Below, in pieces: positions 60,913 through 64,000 of a stretch of DNA of 64,000 bases (its first letter is position 1; each line of letters opens with the position of its first letter). Made by a program: the position numbers and the translations under genes. This DNA is from Macrostomum hystrix (lineage: Eukaryota; Animalia; Platyhelminthes). The notes under the pieces were generated by a model. The model made no database searches, had not been told where the DNA came from, and worked only from the letters and a program-made list of their open reading frames with translations. The DNA is taken from assembly GCA_950097015.1 (NCBI GenBank), contig CATNEN010000003.1, positions 10,540,001 through 10,604,000 on the forward strand, in the 5' to 3' direction.

Positions 60913-61214
60913 CTAGAATCCGCTATTACCACCGCCATTGTCCAGATAGCGCAGTTTACTATAGTGCCTTCGACTCCAGGCTTCGCACAGTACTCTACAG
61001 GACATAGCGGCCACCACTAGTGTGAATGCGCAGCCGAATACAAGGGCCGCTGCGAGACCGCCCACAGTTCGACCAGCCGGCATGAAGCTCAACTCTTGAT
61101 CGTCGCGCGCTGCTGACAACCCACTCTTGCGATTCATTGTCGCCTGCTTCTCATTGTTCGGGGCTGACGTTTTAGATGACGATTGTTGACTTTTCGTTGT
61201 AGCACTTTCCTCAT
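60913..61214 (-). CDS. Type I membrane protein (MANSC1/C11orf24-like tail), last exon
   Basis: Acceptor gcaatttAG at 61215 (phase 1); TM segment VGGLAAALVFGCAFTLVVAAM; tail EAWSRRHYSKLRYLDNG resembles the MANSC1 tail as I recall it (ESLRRKRYSRLDYLING). Confidence 0.72.
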
Positions 61215-61310
61215 CTAAATTGCAGGACATGATTGCACTTAGACGTAGGGTTAAAAATTTCCTTTTAAAAACTTTGAAAACTAAAGATTCCAAAATGATA
61301 GTCTTAAACA

Positions 61311-63373
61311 TTCAGGGATGCTTCTCTATTACTGAACCTTCAGGCATGCTTCTGAATTCCTGAACCTTCAGGGATGCTCTCATATTACTGAACCTTCAGG
61401 GATGCTTCTCTATTACTGAACCTTCAGGCATGCTTCTCTATTACTGAACCTTCAGGGATGTTTCTCTATTCCTGAACCTTCAGGGATGCTTCTCTATTCC
61501 TGAACCTTCAGGGATGCTTCTCTATTCCTGAACCTTCAGGGATGCTTCTCAATTTCTGAACCTTCAGGGATGCTGTTCAATTCCTGAACCTTCAGGGATG
61601 CTCTCATATTCCTGAACCTTCAGAGATGATTTTCTATTTCTGAACCTTCAGGGATGCTTCTCTATTACTGAACCTTCAGGCATGCTTCTCTATTCCTGAA
61701 CATTAAGGGATGTTTCTCAATTCCTGAACCTTCAGAGATGCTTCTCAATTCCTGAACCTTCAGGGATGCTCTCATATTTCTGAACCTTCAGGCATGCTTC
61801 TCTACTCCTGAACCTTCATGGATGCTCTTTAATTCCTGAACCTTCAGGGATACTCTTCAATTCCTGAACCTTCAGGGATGTTTCTCAGTTCCTGAACCTT
61901 CAGGGATGCTTCTCAATTTTTGAACCTTCAGGCATGCTTCTCTACTCCTGAACCTTCAGGGATGCTTTTCAATTCCTGAACCTTCAGGCATGCTTCTCTA
62001 CTCCTGAACCTTCAGGGATGCTCTTTAATTCCTGAACCTTCAGGGATGTTTCTCTATTTCTGAACCTTCAGGGATGTTTCTCTATTCCTGAACCTTCAGG
62101 GATGCTTCTCAATTTTTGAACCTTCAGGCATGCTTCTCTACTCCTGAACCTTCAGGGATGCTTATCAATTCCTGAACCTTCAGGCATGCTTCTCTACTCC
62201 TGAACCTTCAGGGATGCTTTTGAATTCCTGAACCTTCAGGGACAATCTTCAATTCCTGAACCTTCAGGGATGCTCTCATATTCCTGAACTTTCAGGGACG
62301 TTTCTCTATTCCTGAACCTTCAGGGATGTTTCTCTATTCCTGAACATTAAGGGATGTTTCTCAATTCCTGAACCTTCAGAGATGCTTCTCAATTCCTGAA
62401 CCTTCAGGGATGCTCTCATATTCCTGAACCTTCAGAGATGCTCTCATATTCCTGAACTTTCAGGGACGTTTCTCTATTCCTGAACCTTCAGGGATGTTTC
62501 TCTATTCCTGAACATTAAGGGATGTTTCTCAATTCCTGAACCTTCAGAGATGCTTCTCAATTCCTGAACCTTCAGGGATGCTCTCATATTTCTGAACCTT
62601 CAGGCATGCTTCTCTACTCCTGAACCTTCAGGGATGCTCTTTAATTCCTGAACCTTCAGGGATACTCTTCAATTCCTGAACCTTCAGGGATGTTTCTCTA
62701 TTTCTGAACCTTCAGGGATGTTTCTCTATTTCTGAACCTTCAGGCATGCTTCTCTACTCCTGAACCTTCAGGGATGCTTATCAATTCCTGAACCTTCAGG
62801 CATGCTTCTCTACTCCTGAACCTTCAGGGATGCTTTTTAATTCCTGAACCTTAAGGGATAATCTTCAATTCCTGAACCTTCAGGGATGCTCTTCAATTCC
62901 TGAACCTTCAGGGATGCTCTCATATTCCTGAACTTTCAGGATCGTTTCTCTATTCCTGAACCTTCAGGGATGTTTCTCTATTCCTGAACATTAAGGGATG
63001 TTTCTCAGTTCCTGAACCTTCAGGGATGCTCTCATATTTCTGAACCTTCAGGCATGCTTCTCTACTCCTGAACCTTCAGGGATGCTCTTTAATTCCTGAA
63101 CCTTTAGGCATGCTTCTCTACTCCTGAACCTTCAGGGATGCTCTTTAATTCCTGAACCTTCAGGGATACTCTTCAATTCCTGAACCTTCAGGGATGTTTC
63201 TCTATTTCTGAACCTTCAGGGATGTTTCTCTATTCCTGAACCTTCAGGGATGCTTCTCAATTTTTGAACCTTCAGGCATGCTTCTCTACTCCTGAACCTT
63301 CAGGCATGCTTCTCTACTCCTGAACCTTCAGGGATGCTCTCATATTCCTGAACCCTAAGGGATGCCCTTCTAT
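61311..63373. repeat. 28-bp intronic minisatellite (TCAGGGATGCTTCTCTATTCCTGAACCT)
   Basis: About 73 copies, with the internal dyad CCTGAA-CC-TTCAGG. Confidence 0.97.
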
Positions 63374-63836
63374 TGAATGATATATTGATTTATGTCACTT
63401 AAATGTCATAAATAGATTGCGAAACATGCTTACACACACTCTTAAATATTTGAAAATAAAATCAGGCAGTAGTATATAAAATGCAGCTATAAACTAAAAT
63501 CCATGCTATATCTATAATGAAGTGCACTAAAAGTGATACAGTTTTCTAATCTTTAAATCATATTATGTACTGTAGATGAGTAAACAATTCTCGACTGCTA
63601 TTCTTCCACACAAAAATCTGACTTTTAAAATCAACGTTCAATTTGTCAATCACCAATATTCTATTTACGAATTGTGAGTAGCATAATGAGCGCATGCTAA
63701 TTATAATAAAAATGTAAAAAAACACAAAAGGTACTAATGTGTGTTTCAGGGTTTTAAAATGGTTTCATAGACTAATTTTTTTTGTTAAAATCGTGCTGCT
63801 AGTTTGTAGAATCAGAATGGACGAAAGTAATTTTAC

Positions 63837-64000
63837 CCTTGCCAACAAACATTGAAGTCTCGTAGGCTTCCGGATGCTCAATAGGCGATGTTATCGACGA
63901 AGACTGCTGCTCCGACGAATTATGATTTATTACTGATGCACTGGATGCACTACTTATAGTAGAGACTGTGCTAACAGTTTCTGTACTAGCTAGAGCACTT
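63837..64000 (-). CDS. Type I membrane protein, Ser/Thr-rich (mucin-like) upstream exon, partial
   Basis: Open frame SALASTETVSTVSTISSASS...SMFVGK; donor G|GTAAAA at 63836 (phase 1) gives G+AT=Asp, joining exon 61214. Confidence 0.7.

Overview
Eukaryotic (metazoan) genomic DNA. The gene style and extreme minisatellite load suggest a flatworm such as Macrostomum, but this is inference only. By my hand-summed estimate about 55% of the window consists of ~23 tandem arrays with 14-41 bp units, including one 13-kb array; these produce nearly all the long low-complexity ORFs in the track, which are artefacts. Real content assembled by hand from splice signals and reading phase: (1) a two-exon ataxin-1-like AXH-domain gene on the minus strand (16261-15551, 8118-7894) whose intron holds a young Mag-like Ty3/Gypsy element (9067-13383; 214-bp LTRs differing at one base; CTCAT target duplication) with no evident PBS or N-terminal ATG; (2) an orphan secreted preproprotein gene on the plus strand (26919-28429); (3) a ~950-aa coiled-coil/Pro-rich multi-exon gene on the minus strand (45652-30084), with one 483-nt symmetric exon bracketed by inverted copies of one minisatellite and a 9.2-kb intron apparently containing (4) an intronless COLGALT/GT25 galactosyltransferase on the same strand; (5) the last two exons of a mucin-like type I membrane protein with a MANSC1/C11orf24-like tail (minus strand, running off the window end); and (6) several copies or fragments of a tRNA-derived CORE-type SINE. 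No CRISPR, rRNA or genuine tRNA genes were seen.
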